NCBI GenBank assembly: GCA_051294905.1
Contig: CM119372.1
Coordinates: forward strand, 620,001-684,000
DNA: 64,000 nucleotides
From: Botryllus schlosseri
Lineage: Eukaryota
Direction: 5' to 3'
The translations under genes were made by a program, and so were the position numbers. Shown here piece after piece: positions 53,501 to 63,851 of this stretch (within the stretch, counting starts at the first letter, position 1; each line of letters starts with the position of its first letter). Under the pieces are notes generated by a model. It had not been told where the DNA came from. It saw only the letters and a list, made by a program, of their open reading frames with translations, and ran no database searches.

Positions 53501-53616
53501 AAAGTTTCGATCTGGTCCACACCAAACATTCGAAATATCTCGTGAGCAGCGCAACTATCAATTAGTAGTGTTATTAAAAGCGCGATCGTGATGCGTTGCC
53601 AAACGCTCAGCAACAT
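536..53616 (-). CDS. Large secreted or cell-surface protein: signal peptide + VWA + >=32 FN3 domains; 61 coding exons traced, 3' end beyond the left edge
   Basis: Exons delimited by hand using GT-AG boundaries. All splice phases join into one open frame; only the first coding exon's donor is ambiguous. FN3 motifs recur (P..P, W..V.G...Y, L.PG..Y.F.V..V...G..S). C-terminus not in window. Confidence 0.9.
1345..1860. repeat. Degenerate ~70-bp A-rich intronic tandem repeat (about 7 units)
   Basis: Recurring aaaatacgaaaactcgttatttcttgcaaaaaaactgaaaagagtttcagttcaaaacgatatcg units. Confidence 0.7.
2406..2439 (+). ncRNA. Minimal hammerhead ribozyme, intact core; right arm of inverted pair ~2162-2470
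   Basis: ACCC CTGACGA GTGTCAGCC GAAA ATAT TC GGTT. A degenerate partner lies on the minus strand at ~2225-2258. Confidence 0.75.
3595..3628 (-). ncRNA. Hammerhead variant (core intact, loop III non-palindromic)
   Basis: ACGT CTGAGGA GTGTCAGCC GAAA TTAT TC AGGT. First stem I pair changed from C-G to U-A; N7 changed to G. Confidence 0.6.
4793..6557. mobile_element. MITE of the CTAGAA-repeat family hosting the hAT element; relatives at ~46-466, 9173-9260 with 10738-10830, and 24060-24160
   Basis: Ends CAGACTTGTACAA / TTGTACAAGGCTG with (CTAGAA)n subterminal repeats; TSD not clear. Confidence 0.6.
4919..6170 (-). mobile_element. Internally deleted hAT transposon with C-terminal dimerisation-domain remnant
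   Basis: TIR TAGAGCCCGACCGAT / ATCGGTCGGGCTCTA and perfect 8-bp TSD GATAATAC (4911-4918, 6171-6178). ORF 5106..5339 (WYQNEERFPILA...RSSLLGERVEKLCFVNCN) resembles the hATC domain. Confidence 0.88.
8400..9000. repeat. 128-bp higher-order tandem repeat built from three ~41-46 bp subunits
   Basis: GACTACAATTAGAATGTTAGCC recurs at 8490, 8618, 8746 and 8874. Confidence 0.9.
9260..10737. mobile_element. Non-autonomous hAT-like element containing a LINE-like tail (~9770-9955)
   Basis: TIR AGGGTGGAGCCCAATT / AATTGGGCTCCACCCT with ACTCA/TGAGT subterminal repeats; TSD not recognisable. Confidence 0.7.
15303..24372 (-). CDS. FN3 domains 14-22: exons 24295-24372, 24161-24237, 23827-23935, 23317-23394, 23060-23248, 22438-22515, 22183-22368, 21072-21149, 20811-21012, 20091-20227, 19810-19887, 18903-19091, 18174-18251, 17921-18112, 17311-17388, 16950-17023, 16772-16883, 16506-16583, 16262-16444, 15862-15939, 15303-15491
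   Basis: GT-AG boundaries, compatible phases, FN3 motifs. Confidence 0.9.
17090..17270. repeat. Inverted pair of hammerhead-repeat copies (17108-17141 minus with G8>A; 17216-17245 plus with 3' stem I lost)
   Basis: Direct comparison with the 34437-34470 copy. Confidence 0.8.
18296..18805. mobile_element. GACTCGAGTC-family MITE; relatives at 24670-25100, 34570-35163, 40960-41612, 61798-62137
   Basis: TAGGGTTGTAACCAAG end and arrays of the palindromic GACTCGAGTC / GACTTGACTC motifs. Confidence 0.7.
22874..22907 (+). ncRNA. Minimal hammerhead ribozyme, intact core, within full repeat copy ~22803-22978
   Basis: AACC CTGACGA GTGTCAGCC GAAA ATAT TC GGGT; one stem I mismatch. Confidence 0.8.
24430..33127 (-). 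CDS. FN3 domains 6-13: exons 32861-33127, 31865-31942, 31508-31696, 30853-31001, 30481-30670, 28847-29041, 28705-28782, 27111-27371, 26031-26300, 25150-25416, 24430-24609
   Basis: GT-AG boundaries, compatible phases, FN3 motifs. Confidence 0.9.
27420..27745. repeat. Inverted pair of hammerhead-repeat copies (27441-27474 minus, GAAA>GTGA; 27683-27715 plus, GAAA>AACA)
   Basis: Direct comparison with the consensus. Other degenerate or truncated copies at ~14080-14200, 26330-26460, 38442-38530, 43753-43840, 44900-45030 and 55190-55350. Confidence 0.8.
34020..40901 (-). CDS. FN3 domains 1-5: exons 40804-40901, 39417-39585, 39231-39361, 38565-38778, 37098-37643, 34020-34208
   Basis: GT-AG boundaries, compatible phases, FN3 motifs (ORFs 37081..37713, 38539..38784, 33979..34194). 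Confidence 0.88.
34437..34470 (-). ncRNA. Minimal type I hammerhead ribozyme, perfect copy (sense to host pre-mRNA), within repeat copy ~34374-34542
   Basis: Minus strand reads ACCC CTGACGA G-TGTCAGC-C GAAA ATAT TC GGGT. Stem I ACCC/GGGU, full CUGANGA and GAAA core, palindromic AUAU loop III, UC cleavage site. Confidence 0.85.
35178..36983. mobile_element. Non-autonomous DNA transposon with long imperfect TIRs and AATT flanks
   Basis: AATT|CCCTCTCAACATGCAAA ... TTTGCATGTTGACAGGG|AATT. Inverted similarity extends ~160 bp; the right-end segment is duplicated internally. Confidence 0.7.
39611..40273. mobile_element. Foldback hAT-type MITE (663 bp, ~315-bp arms)
   Basis: TAGGGCTCTTCAAAAATGAC / GTCATTTTTGAAGAGCCCTA and perfect 8-bp TSD GTGTATAG. 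Degenerate relatives near 2740-3030, 7470-8020, 12360-13050, 15545-15790, 20440-20785, 31045-31480 and 32215-32682. Confidence 0.93.
41633..46819 (-). CDS. VWA domain exons 46669-46819, 46442-46608, 44610-44732, 41633-41758
   Basis: Spliced translation: CREGPLDIFFIVETSRDTGRKSFENVRSFIVNVARQIDVGPESNRFSITVFNKEVQDVMMLN...GGGNRATNVGKAMKYVADKFSNEIGGRRPELDAVCVIIIEGVSSDLSAEPAAELRKHCRIIVFGIDRPNYFELSKIASEPTQGHVRVLQTFIDLVRFEEWIAETIC. This matches the collagen/matrilin-type VWA pattern with flanking Cys. Confidence 0.92.
41872..42793. mobile_element. Foldback element with inverted degenerate TTAGGG arrays
   Basis: ~105-bp imperfect TIRs starting CGGCACTTC, 6-bp TSD AACTTT, G-rich array ~41990-42390 and C-rich array ~42405-42690. 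Confidence 0.85.
42884..44302. mobile_element. hAT Charlie/Buster-type non-autonomous element
   Basis: TIR CAGTGGTTCTCAACC / GGTTGAGAACCGCTG and perfect TSD CCATAGGG. Decayed transposase C-terminus (ASIYLCGNG) at ~43150-43270 minus. Nested fragments include a truncated hammerhead repeat. Confidence 0.88.
48447..50363 (-). mobile_element. Decayed Charlie/Buster-type hAT transposon (transposase pseudogene 49245-50164)
   Basis: Ends CAGGGGTCGGCAAC / GTTGCACACCCCTG; motifs VRWLSRG and FGSTY..QL.S.MK..K.RLRSR.SD.H. Confidence 0.8.
48491..49170 (+). mobile_element. 5'-truncated CR1/L2-like LINE (ORF2 C-terminus, 3' UTR and (ATG)n/A tail)
   Basis: LQKLQHKVLRII...VLNIEDMRKLEIAKFMY...HKYNTR...YAGPDVWNRIP..IR...S..TFK; ends aataaaccaatgatgatgatgaaaaaaaa. 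Confidence 0.85.
51481..53039. mobile_element. Non-autonomous hAT element with (GTAATT)n subterminal arrays
   Basis: TIR CAGAGTTGGATCAATT / AATTGATCCAACTCTG and perfect 8-bp TSD GTGCACAC. Confidence 0.92.
53439..53616 (-). CDS. First coding exon with signal peptide (MLLSVWQRITIALLITLLIDSCAA-HE...)
   Basis: Hydrophobic h-region followed by small residues. Polypyrimidine tract plus CAG acceptor 11 nt upstream of the ATG (53628-53629). Phase-1 donor candidates after 53454 or 53439 match the phase-1 VWA exon. Confidence 0.7.
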
Positions 53617-56600
53617 TTAAAAATAGCGCTGCATGAGAGAGAAATAACTGTCATGTTCAGCGGATTATTGTGGCATAATGGGAACTTCCGTCCGATTCTC
53701 TTCTAACGAGTGATCGTCCTTTTCAGATTAGAGCATGAGGCCACTTTACCGCGTAACGGGGCCGCACAATCAGTCTTATCATTAAAAACTTTGAGAAGTC
53801 TCCAATTCTGAATGGTGCACTGGAAACTTTTTGTAGTGAGACGCCCGAAATCACAACTGACTTAAACGATATTTCCCACGCGCTAGATAGTTAATAATAG
53901 GTTACGAACTTTGTAATTAGCACCAGAAACGTAATAACTTCGCGTGTCGGTGACAGTAATTTATTATCAACGCGAGTACAATGGCTAAGAATGGCGCGAA
54001 ATCGTATGTGTGTCCACTGTGGTATAGCCTCAAAACCTCGATTGGTCGTGTGGCAGCATACGGAACAAATAATGTTTACATGCAACATAGGTTAGTGAAA
54101 ATGGCATATGCTGTGAAATCGGGATCGACCGCATCATTGTTACAAAGTGCAATGAAATAGATATAGTACAAAAATCCCCTTTTATTTAATGAAACATACC
54201 GTTTAATTCGTCGCGTCACTGAGAGCGCGTTCCCTTATCAAAGATAAATACTGATATGAAGTTAGATTTGATAAAACCGGATTATAGGATTTTGGACGGA
54301 TTAGTGTCGGATTTGGAGTATATCTTAAGCTGAACGTAGATTTGTACAAAGAATTTCTAACAACTTACGATTTTGATGCGAATTTTGAAACAGATTTCAG
54401 CCAATTTCAGATACGGAATTGGATTTGAAACTTAAAACCGGAACAGGATTCGGATTGCAAAATATTAAATCTGATCATCCCGGTCATTAATCTATACAGG
54501 AACGATGCAGCGAATAACGAACCCAAATCGCGGACTCAAAAACAATAGAGTGTAAATAAGGCACTCACTCTCCTGCGCTGCTGAAAGCTGCCAGCTCCCG
54601 GAAAATAAAATCCATAAGAAACAAGCATGCTTGAAGATGTCCCGCATGAAATGCATCAAGTCACAAGTAATATCCCGATTTGAGAAAAATATGGTTCAGG
54701 GTTGGTTTAGTTAAGCTCTGAAATAGCAAATGTCTGCACGATATCAATTCCTGTGACAAATCTATAATATTTGGTTTTGGTATGCAGTGATTTCAAGGGT
54801 GAGAGACAGAAGGATTCTTCGATAAACTTTGAGTATTTGAATAAATTTTAAGCATTTTTCAAGTAACCTGCAACTACACATGCTATTTTTGTTACTTAAA
54901 ATTCTACTTTCGGATGCGTTGTTGCAACACCCGTGGGCGATGGCGACATCGGCAATTGTGTTTATGACAAAATAACCATCGTCTACACTTTGTTGTGACG
55001 TACTTCAAGCTACTTGCAAACATTCTTGCATTTCCTGATCGCGTGCATTTGAAATCTGAAATTAACGCGCGATTTAAATTAAATCCTCCCTTTATCCTGA
55101 AGTTCGAACAGTCTGACAAAGCGCCTGAACTGTTTGCCGAGAATCTAGTTTCGCGAATGAACACAAATTTTAAAACCTGTAGCTGAACTATTGAAATAAA
55201 CTTAAATATATTTATTGACACTCGTCCGGGATATAATTGTCAGCAACTATAACAGTGTATATCGACAATCGTATCACCAAATATGAAAATGCAGTTATTT
55301 CGATACGAAAATAGGCTACTAATCAATTGCATGTTGAAGTTCTGTTTTCTTTACCTGAACTACATTCAAAGTCTTACCAAACAATTTCCGCCAACGCGAT
55401 GAATATTCAACGTGTGTGAATTCAATGAAACCGATAAAATTAAATGTAAAAAAAACTGATCAATCCCCAAGCATTTTCGATGAAGAACATAATAACCTAA
55501 TACTGGCACGCTGTCAAGACAAGATCTCGCCAACTATCATTGCATACGCTGCACAAAGAAGCGAGCTAACTAGCCTTCTAATACTTCAAAGAACACGCCG
55601 CTCAATAAACAGAGTCATTAAAAACTAAAATAAAAGCCTCAACGAGCGCTGTCAACAGGATATTTCATTCTCTACGGAATTTGACTGTCGCACAACGCCT
55701 CGATTTGCTGACGAATGATTTTAATTTCAGTGGATAGCAATATTTTCGAGCAACAACTTCACGACATTTCGAAAGCATTGAGAAAACCACTTTTTTCAGA
55801 AAAATATCTGGCTACATTGTTAGGTCTCGTATCGGACGTCGATACGTGCATGGCCTGCTATATTAAATCAGATTACTTACATGCTCCTAGCGTTTTTAGA
55901 TACTTAATAATTACCAGCTTATTGAAGGGACATGTCGTTGAGATTTGACAGCTCAATCCAAAGTCTACATTTTGATCGGTTGGAATATTAGGGAAAGAAA
56001 TCAACGATTTAAATACTTTTTATGGCGAATCGGTGTACGAGGAAATGCCGCTCTCTTTAATTGCCAAAACTACTAATTGATCATATCGAAGCCGTCTAAT
56101 AATAATTTCAACCCTCAAGCGTTTTTCGGCGGTGTCTGGCGAGCAGAGAAATCGCATATTTCCGCGAACGCTTCAAAAACGAGAAAACATCCTCCCTACA
56201 ACCGTGAACATCGAAGTATTATGCACAAATATATTGCAAAGAGTTTGCCGTGTGTGTTTGACGACTTTATAATACCCGAAAAAGATGTTCAACATCGTTC
56301 CTAGTTTGTTTTCTATTCCCACTTGCAGTATAGTTTCGTGATGTCTAGACCTACCAAAAGTATCTACTCTTTTACTTGCAATTGAGTATCGCATTACTTT
56401 CTGGGGTACAAACTATCAGTGGTGGCTTTTGGGGGGGGGGGCGAGATGGGCGGTCGCCAGCCCCCCCCCTGGTCGAAGGGGGCCCCCTATTTGGATTTTG
56501 CGCTTTTTTCAAGGAGAATGACGAATAAACATGGAAATCCGTGCACCAAGCAAGAATATGATTCCGTACAGATGTGTCAATCATCATCAAATCACTGCAT

Positions 56601-57367
56601 TTGTTAGAAAAGTCCCGTATCCCGATAATCATCACGTCTCTGCATGCGGTAGAATTACTTAGTTTTGATGTAGTCTATCCTTGCACACATGCAAAATAGA
56701 CATGCACTGTTAGAAAAATCCGTAAATTTACACCTATTTAAGCAGTAAACGAATTTACACACGTTGCCGTACGTTAATTTACTGTTATTTACGGCGTATT
56801 TAATTACGGACATGAAATCGTAACTCGATTCACCGAATCAAATCCGTAAATTATTGTAGTAGTCACATGTATAGATGCGCGTTTCTTGTGATTAGGAAAG
56901 AAATATTTTGTTAAAATTGTAATTTCATATACAATAGGGTTACACAAACGAGAATAGAGTACTGAGATTTTGAAAATACGATTTTAGCACGGCTTGACAG
57001 AGACTGCTGAGTGCTGACAATCAGTAAACTGAATACTGGCGTTTACTAGTTGCAGAACTTCAATATCGCAACAATCAATATGTTCACATTGAAATAATTT
57101 CTAGGCCTGCCGTTCCAATACCAAGTAGACTGAGAAGAAGGCTACAGAAAAGAATGTATTGTGGTATATGGATTTTAAGGCTCATCATCACCTTTATATT
57201 TAATAACATGAGATATTCAGGCGTGAAGCACTAGTAGTTCGAGTATACCCAGTGATATCTAGGAGTTTTAGATATCTCTGGTATACTGTATAATATTTGG
57301 CATGTAAGTTACGCAAGCATTTCATTCATATTGCGATTGCGATCATAACTATTGGGTATTGTTGTTG

Positions 57368-57590
57368 CGTCATACTGATACACTTTGGTGAGAGATGATT
57401 GGCGGATGGCTGGCTTCTGATTGGTTGTGGAATTACTCAAAAGTTCGGGTGCAGAGAAAAATTTGTAAACGCCATTATTGTTACGTCATACTGATACAAA
57501 TTGCTGGGAGAGGATTGGCGGGCTGCTGACTTCTGATTGGTTACTGAAATACTAAAAAGTTCGGGTGCGAGATAAATCGTAAATGCTGCT
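57368..57590 (+). promoter_or_regulatory. Tandemly duplicated ~115-bp module with four inverted CCAAT (ATTGG) boxes upstream of the transposase
   Basis: cgtcatactgatac...gattggcgg...cttctgattggtt...aaaagttcgggtgc occurs twice. Confidence 0.55.
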
Positions 57591-57771
57591 TGGGGCTCGG
57601 GCTGCTGCGAAGTGTGGACTGGCGAAGAAAATTTAGGTCACGGGCGGCTTACCAGACGGAAATCAGTTTTAGTTCAGGCAGCGCACGTATACCGAGTTTA
57701 GGATTGGCAATTGTTAGTCTGGGATTCAAACGGCGGTGGTGCTGCGTATCTGCTGGTATTTCATAAAGAAA

Positions 57772-60162
57772 ATGGAAGTGGAATTGAGATGCCCTGTGGG
57801 AATATGCGGAATAGAACTCTCGTCAACAGCAGCTATGTTTCGTCACTTGAAAGGCCATATTCGATCTGGAATTATAGTTAAATGTCCATTTTCTAACTGT
57901 CTTAAAAGGTACGGTGTGGTTTCCTCGTTTTCAAGTCACGTTAGCCGAAATCATACCGTTAGTGAGCACCATCAGAATCTGGTTCAGCTTACTACTGAAA
58001 ATGCGTTAAATAGTTCAATTGCTGACGACCCGGTGCTTGATACCAATGCTGCAAACGGAGCTATGAATCAGGGAATTAATAACCCAAGCCTAATGTTTGC
58101 AACAAGGTTGGAATATAAAAACCTCATTCCGTCGTCAGTCGTCCAGGACATAATGTCGGAGCTTCATAAGTTATTAGCTTCCCATGGAAAAGAAGTTGAG
58201 AAGCAGCTTAAAGCAATCTTAAAAGGTAATACTGAAGTTACCGGTACATCTTCTACTGATAACTTCCTGTCTCAACTTAACTACGTCAATGAAAAGGTAT
58301 TGAACTTGCATCATCCATTATTGTCAGAATATTCTCGTAGAACTGCTATTGCAAATTTATAGTGCTATGTGGCTCCAGTTCCTTATTTCATCGAAAGTTC
58401 ATTTGAAGCAACTAAAACTTTTTATTACGTGCCAATTTTGGAAACCATAAAAACTGTATGTTCTACTGATTTTATGAGACAACAACTACTGAAGGTTCGT
58501 TCAGCATCGTCAACGTCAGAGTTTTCTGATATTTTTGACGGAGAAGTTTTTAAATCGAACCCTCTTTTTTCGAAAAAGAATGCTATCCAATTGATATTGT
58601 ATCAAGATTCGTTTGAAATATCAAATCCACTTGGTTCGGCTCGAAAAAAACACAAAATGTTGGCTTTTTATGTAACGTTTGCTAACGTTCCTACCTATGC
58701 TCGTTCCAAAGTTGCTCAAATTCAGCTTGTTTTGATGTGCAAAGAGAAATACATTACCGACTCGAACTTTTCTGAACTGCTTCACCCGCTCATAAGAGAC
58801 CTCAAAATCCTCGAAACAGAAGGATTAGATATTGGTATATCTGAAAAAATATGTGGCGGCATAATATGTGTCGCTGGCGACAATCTTGGTAGTCATTGGA
58901 TTGGCGGTTTCATCACCAATTTTTCAACCGGCAAGTTTTCATGTAGATATTGTGTGACACCAAGAGATAAATGGCCGGACTACAGAACTGAATGCTCACT
59001 CCGAACCATTGAGACATATAATGAATCTGTTGATCAATGTGAATCCTCTTTGATAAACAGCCATTGTGGAATAAAATTCTCTTCCCCGTTGAACGAACTC
59101 GAGCATTTCCATGTTTGTAATCCTGGTCTTCCTCCCTGTTTAGCACATGATCTGTTTGAAGGCCTCGTGGCACGAGATATGATGGTATTCATAAAATGCT
59201 TGGTTCGACGTGGGTGGTTTACAGTTCATTATTTGAATTCAAAGATAATGAATTTTCTGTATGATATTGAAAGTTCGACGTCTCGTCCAATACCAATAAG
59301 AGAAGAATGTCGTAAATTGTTGGGAAATGCCAGCCAGAATTGGTGTTTCGTTCGATATATTCCGTTATATCTCATGGGTAAAATTGATGATTATGAGGAC
59401 CCGGCTTGGAGGGCCATTTTAGTTCTCCGTATCATTATCGAGACTGTTTGCTCTCCGCGTATCACAACTGAAAATATTGCTTTATTAATTCACCATATAT
59501 CTGAATATTTTCATCTCCTCATGCTGTGTGACCCTAGCTTGACATTTCTTCCAAAGCATCACTTCTTATCTCACTACCCGTGGTTGATCACCCAGTTTGG
59601 GCCATTGGTACATGTTTGGACTCTCCGTTTTGAGAGTAAGCATTCGTATTTCAAAAATGTGGTAAGAACCAAACAAAACTTCATCAATATTACTAAAACA
59701 CTCTGTGAGAATCATCAGTTTCTCCAGGCCTATCTCATTTCCAACTCCACCTTATTTCCAACGAAAATGAGTAATCAAAAGGCCTATACAGATCCATGTC
59801 CTGAGTGGCTTGTACCGATTCTTTCCAGACAAGGAATATTTGAGCATTACCAATTGTTACGAGAAGCAACTTATAAAGGAACGCAGTACAGGCTGGAGAA
59901 CTGCTATGTTATCCTGAGTCGTGATAGCATTGATTTGGAAATTGGAAAAATCAGAATGTTGGTACAACATAAAGATGTGGTGTCTCTTATTGTTGCTCCT
60001 TGCAAAGCTGAATTTTTGCCGCATCGTGGCTGTTTTCAGATTCATGGGCCTTATGCTACTGTACTAAGGTTTGTTGATTTTCCGCAGCTGTTGGATTATT
60101 TTCCACTGCATGGGTTTCTTGTTGGAATGTCGCTGTATACAGTACTTAAGCATAATGCTTGA
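57772..60162 (+). pseudogene. CACTA/EnSpm transposase (two N-terminal C2H2 zinc fingers + DDE core), ~796 codons, single in-frame TAG at 58360-58362
   Basis: ORFs 57736..58362 and 58369..60162 are in the same frame. Motifs LYQDSFE.SNPLG, GDNLGSH.IGG, CRYC, HDLFEG, PKHHFL.HY and WTLRFESKH. Confidence 0.88.
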
Positions 60163-60337
60163 ATTCAACAAGCCCGAACGTGTATCAGTTGCAGTCTATT
60201 TGCGTATGGTTATTGGCTTTTTCATGCTTTGGGATATGCCATATGTATGTTTTCATGAATGTGTCAAATTGTCAGCAGATCATATGATAATGTTATAAGT
60301 TATAACACACATACTCTTCTTGACAGGCAAGTGCAAA

Positions 60338-63300
60338 ATGGATTTGTTAGATATCAGTAGAATGCTACCCGATCAACCTAGTGAGGTATATGAAAATATC
60401 AAAGCTCGCCTTCATGAACTCGGTGTGGAAAATGCCAAACAAGCCCGTTTTCTAAAAGAAGAAGACTTGAGAGAAGTATTAGCTCCTGTTCCGGCTCGGC
60501 AACTAATTTCTGGACTCAAAGATGATTTGAACGAATCGGCGGCATCGGCAGATTCTGATGCCTCCTGCGTGGAAAGTATACTGAACACGTCCACCAACTC
60601 TGGAACCTGTGATGCGTCATGGTGCTATTCCTTTGAAGTACCCTGGCAGTCTTTTCCCGCACCACTGATCAAATGCTGTATGAATAACAAGATTCCTCCA
60701 GATGATCAACGCAGGGAGATGGTTCGTATTCTTGCGGACAAAATAATGAAGGTTAAACACAACCCAAAGAAGAAAGAACTGGGGACGATTGCCCACGCAA
60801 TTATCTCAAAATATCCAAGCTCTTTCCTAGATATCGCGAGTGGTGTTCGCATTGGCAGTGGTCATGATTCACTTGCGAGTCAACTATGTTATAGAGTGGA
60901 AAATGAACGGCGAAAAAATAAATCAAAGGACCAAAATATGAACAATTCCAGTGTTAAAAGGAAAAAGAATGATGTGCAAGAATACGGCTGCATTAATTGG
61001 TCGCCCCCTACCAATAATATCAAAGAATTAGAAATAGACCAGCAATGGCTGCTTGAAGAAAGCAGGAAAGCCGTACGAGACATTGGAAGAGTGAGATCGT
61101 TAATGGCGACAACTTATCCACTGCAGCGATCAATAATCAATGAGCGTGCGCCAGTATCTGCAATCAGGATTAAGTGGCCCATCCTGTTTGAAGATCACTA
61201 TATGTTCGCGCACTACTCCAAGCTTACTGGTAGGGTTGATGGAAAGGAACACATCATTCGCATGATGGACAGTAGCTGGTGCCTCATTCAAAAGTAAGTA
61301 GAAACAGCTATCCCTATATTTTAATGTAGATAATGCTTAGTCACTACATGTCTCGGTCGTGATTATATTGTCTGTTGCCGAGAAAAGCTCCACAAAATCC
61401 GTTGCATTTCAATATTTAGTTGTAAATGTTTGCAGACAGCTATCTTCTCTGTTATCTTTTATAAAATGGTAGTAATTCTCTTTGCAGGGCGCTGAAAAAT
61501 GTGAAGTCGGTGAAGGTTGTCACCACAATGGAAAGAGTTTCGACAATATGCGAAATTCTTCAATCGCAATCATATACGGCTTCTATTGGCATGCTCGAGT
61601 TACTATGTTCATACTTTGATGAGCCAATCTCGCAAATATTCAGGCGAATGGTAAGAAAAAAGCCTTGTTTTTATACGTAGTAATACGCCTATACCAGGAT
61701 TTGTGTGTTAATTTCCCTTGCGTGCCTTCTTGTCCACCATTCCTCAAATCATAAAATGGTAGCCTTTGTACTATATGTTTCATATGCTACGATACCGCAT
61801 TGTTGGGATGACTCGAGTCATGACTTGACTCGATGCTTCAGAAATGCAGATTTACTCGAAGCAAATTTAGGGATCAATTTCAAGTCGTAAGTAATCAATG
61901 CCGACTAAATCGCTGCATCAGGTATAAGTTCGGATTGCTAACCAATCACTCAATGTACCCGTATCGTACTTTAAAAATTCGACTTGACTTGACTCTAGTC
62001 ACCTCCAAACACCGAGTGACTTGATTTGACTCGAGTCACCTCCAAAAATTGAGCGACTTGACTTGAGTCGAGTCAAAATGCGCAATGACTCGAGATGACA
62101 TGTGACTTGAAGATAGTGTAACTTGATCCCAACACTGCGATATCGCCAATCAAGGTTTCAACACTTAAACTTAGTATCGACACTATAATTCTCGTTGCTA
62201 AATCAACTTTCAGTGGTAAGAAGCGTATACTTTCAGTACACGATTAAAATTGATACTCGATTCAGATTCGAGTTGTCGAATCATTGTCCCCTGCGCCAGT
62301 CATTACTCGCCATCCAAGTGATGTCGATGAAGGTGTGCTGTAATGATAATCCATATCTGTTTTCAGGAAAGTGTTCGAGGAGACTTCGTGGAGGAGGCTC
62401 CAAATCATCCGTTCTTGATCGCAATCGGTAAGTTATTGTTTAGATTGCAATGCAATAGTTTTGGAAGTGACATTTTATGCTTATGATTACATCAATTCCT
62501 GTCAGCATGCGGTATTAAATTTTAGGAATTAGCGTGGAAAGTTAGTGTAGCCAATTGGTCAAACCTTTTTGAACACTCTGATAAAGGAGGCATTCTTTAC
62601 CATAACCACCTCTAAATTGGTATGATGTAGATCTGACTATAATACCCGTGCATTTTTAGGCTCGACCGTCCACTGTCCAGAAAAGTTTCTGGTCACCGCC
62701 GAAAAATCGATCATTTATTCGACAGAATGCTTCTACTCTGCAGTAGCTTATTTCTTCGTCTGCTTCTATGTTTTAAATATGGAGTACCCAGAAGAAGCAA
62801 CAGCTACATTGGAGTTCATGCAAAGGTCAGCTATGAGTGAGAGTGAGACCACAATTGAAACAGATTATACTGAATTTAAGTGAAAACAATTATAGCCTAT
62901 GCACCTGGACTCACCGAAACACGTTCTGATCTTGATTATGCCTACCTACATATGCTTTATAAGACAACAACTTATGTCTTTAATTCTTGTCCGAAGCAGT
63001 CTCTGTTGCTACTCGAGTAGAAGTAATCAATGACCTGATCCCATACAAACTACTAGAGTACTTGTGTAGATATGTTTCGTATTGGCCAACCCGAGGGACT
63101 GTGAGTGCCTTCGGTGTAATTTTCTAAATTGACCAGCCCTGGTCTACGTAAATCAGGGAGGGCCATTAGCCAACCCGCGGCCCGCGCGAAGGTTTTGAGT
63201 GGCCCATGAGGTAATTCTCATAATTAGTTATCATGTCAAAAAATTAATTACCCAGGTGATTTGATATAAATTTTCAAGGCCAGCAAAAAAATTGATCAGC

Positions 63301-63851
63301 CTGGCTGCGAAATACAGGATGTTGATGACTATGACTATGTTCAGGCCCCGAATAATCCAGTCCTTGCCAAATGAACCCAGCAGTATACGGAGGCGACCCG
63401 CAATATTCAAAGTGCAATTAGTATTGACCGAATTCATTCATTAACTTTGAACAATTTTCGCGCTTGGCGTGGCTATGTACTTTGGATTTTAATAACATAA
63501 TTGTTATCGATCGATAAGTCTTGTTTTCACCGTTACCTAACCCGGTTTGCTCTTTATTGGACGACTACTAAAAGGTTATACATATTGAAGTGGCCTGCGC
63601 AATGGTTTGTAAATCTCATGTGGCCCTTCGGCTGAAAAGGTTGGCCACCCCTGACCTAAATCGTACCAGAATACACCATCACACTCAGCTGGCAATCTCT
63701 TTGATGCTTTGTCCCTGTTAGTAATATCTATTTCATTTGCAGGTACTTTGCTGGGATAGCAGAGCAAGGCTCAAAGTCTTCTAAAAGAAGAAAAAGTGAC
63801 GTTCACCCTAAAGTGATCAAGTTTGCGAAGTTGCTGAAAAAAGCTCCATGA
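60338..63851 (+). CDS. CACTA accessory ORF2 (SAMD3-like C-terminus); exons 60338-61293, 61488-61650, 62367-62427, 62660-62825, 63743-63851
   Basis: GT-AG introns with matching phases, motif FYVLNMEYPEEATATLEFMQRYF, TGA at 63849-63851 and AATAAA at 63859. Confidence 0.8.
61798..62137. mobile_element. hAT MITE in ORF2 intron 2
   Basis: TIR CATTGTTGGGAT / ATCCCAACACTG; TSD CGATACCG / CGATATCG. Confidence 0.85.
63154..63653. mobile_element. Charlie-type hAT MITE in ORF2 intron 4
   Basis: CAGGGAGGGCCA / TGGCCACCCCTG ends; TSD ACGTAAAT / ACCTAAAT. Confidence 0.8.

Noticed and set aside
55420..56100. Possible decayed LINE reverse-transcriptase remnant (DISKAL-like), also ~14700-15200 minus
   Set aside because: Too degenerate to support without a profile search.
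58360..58362. Programmed readthrough or an intron removing the transposase stop
   Set aside because: No convincing splice sites or readthrough context seen; a nonsense mutation or sequencing error is simpler.
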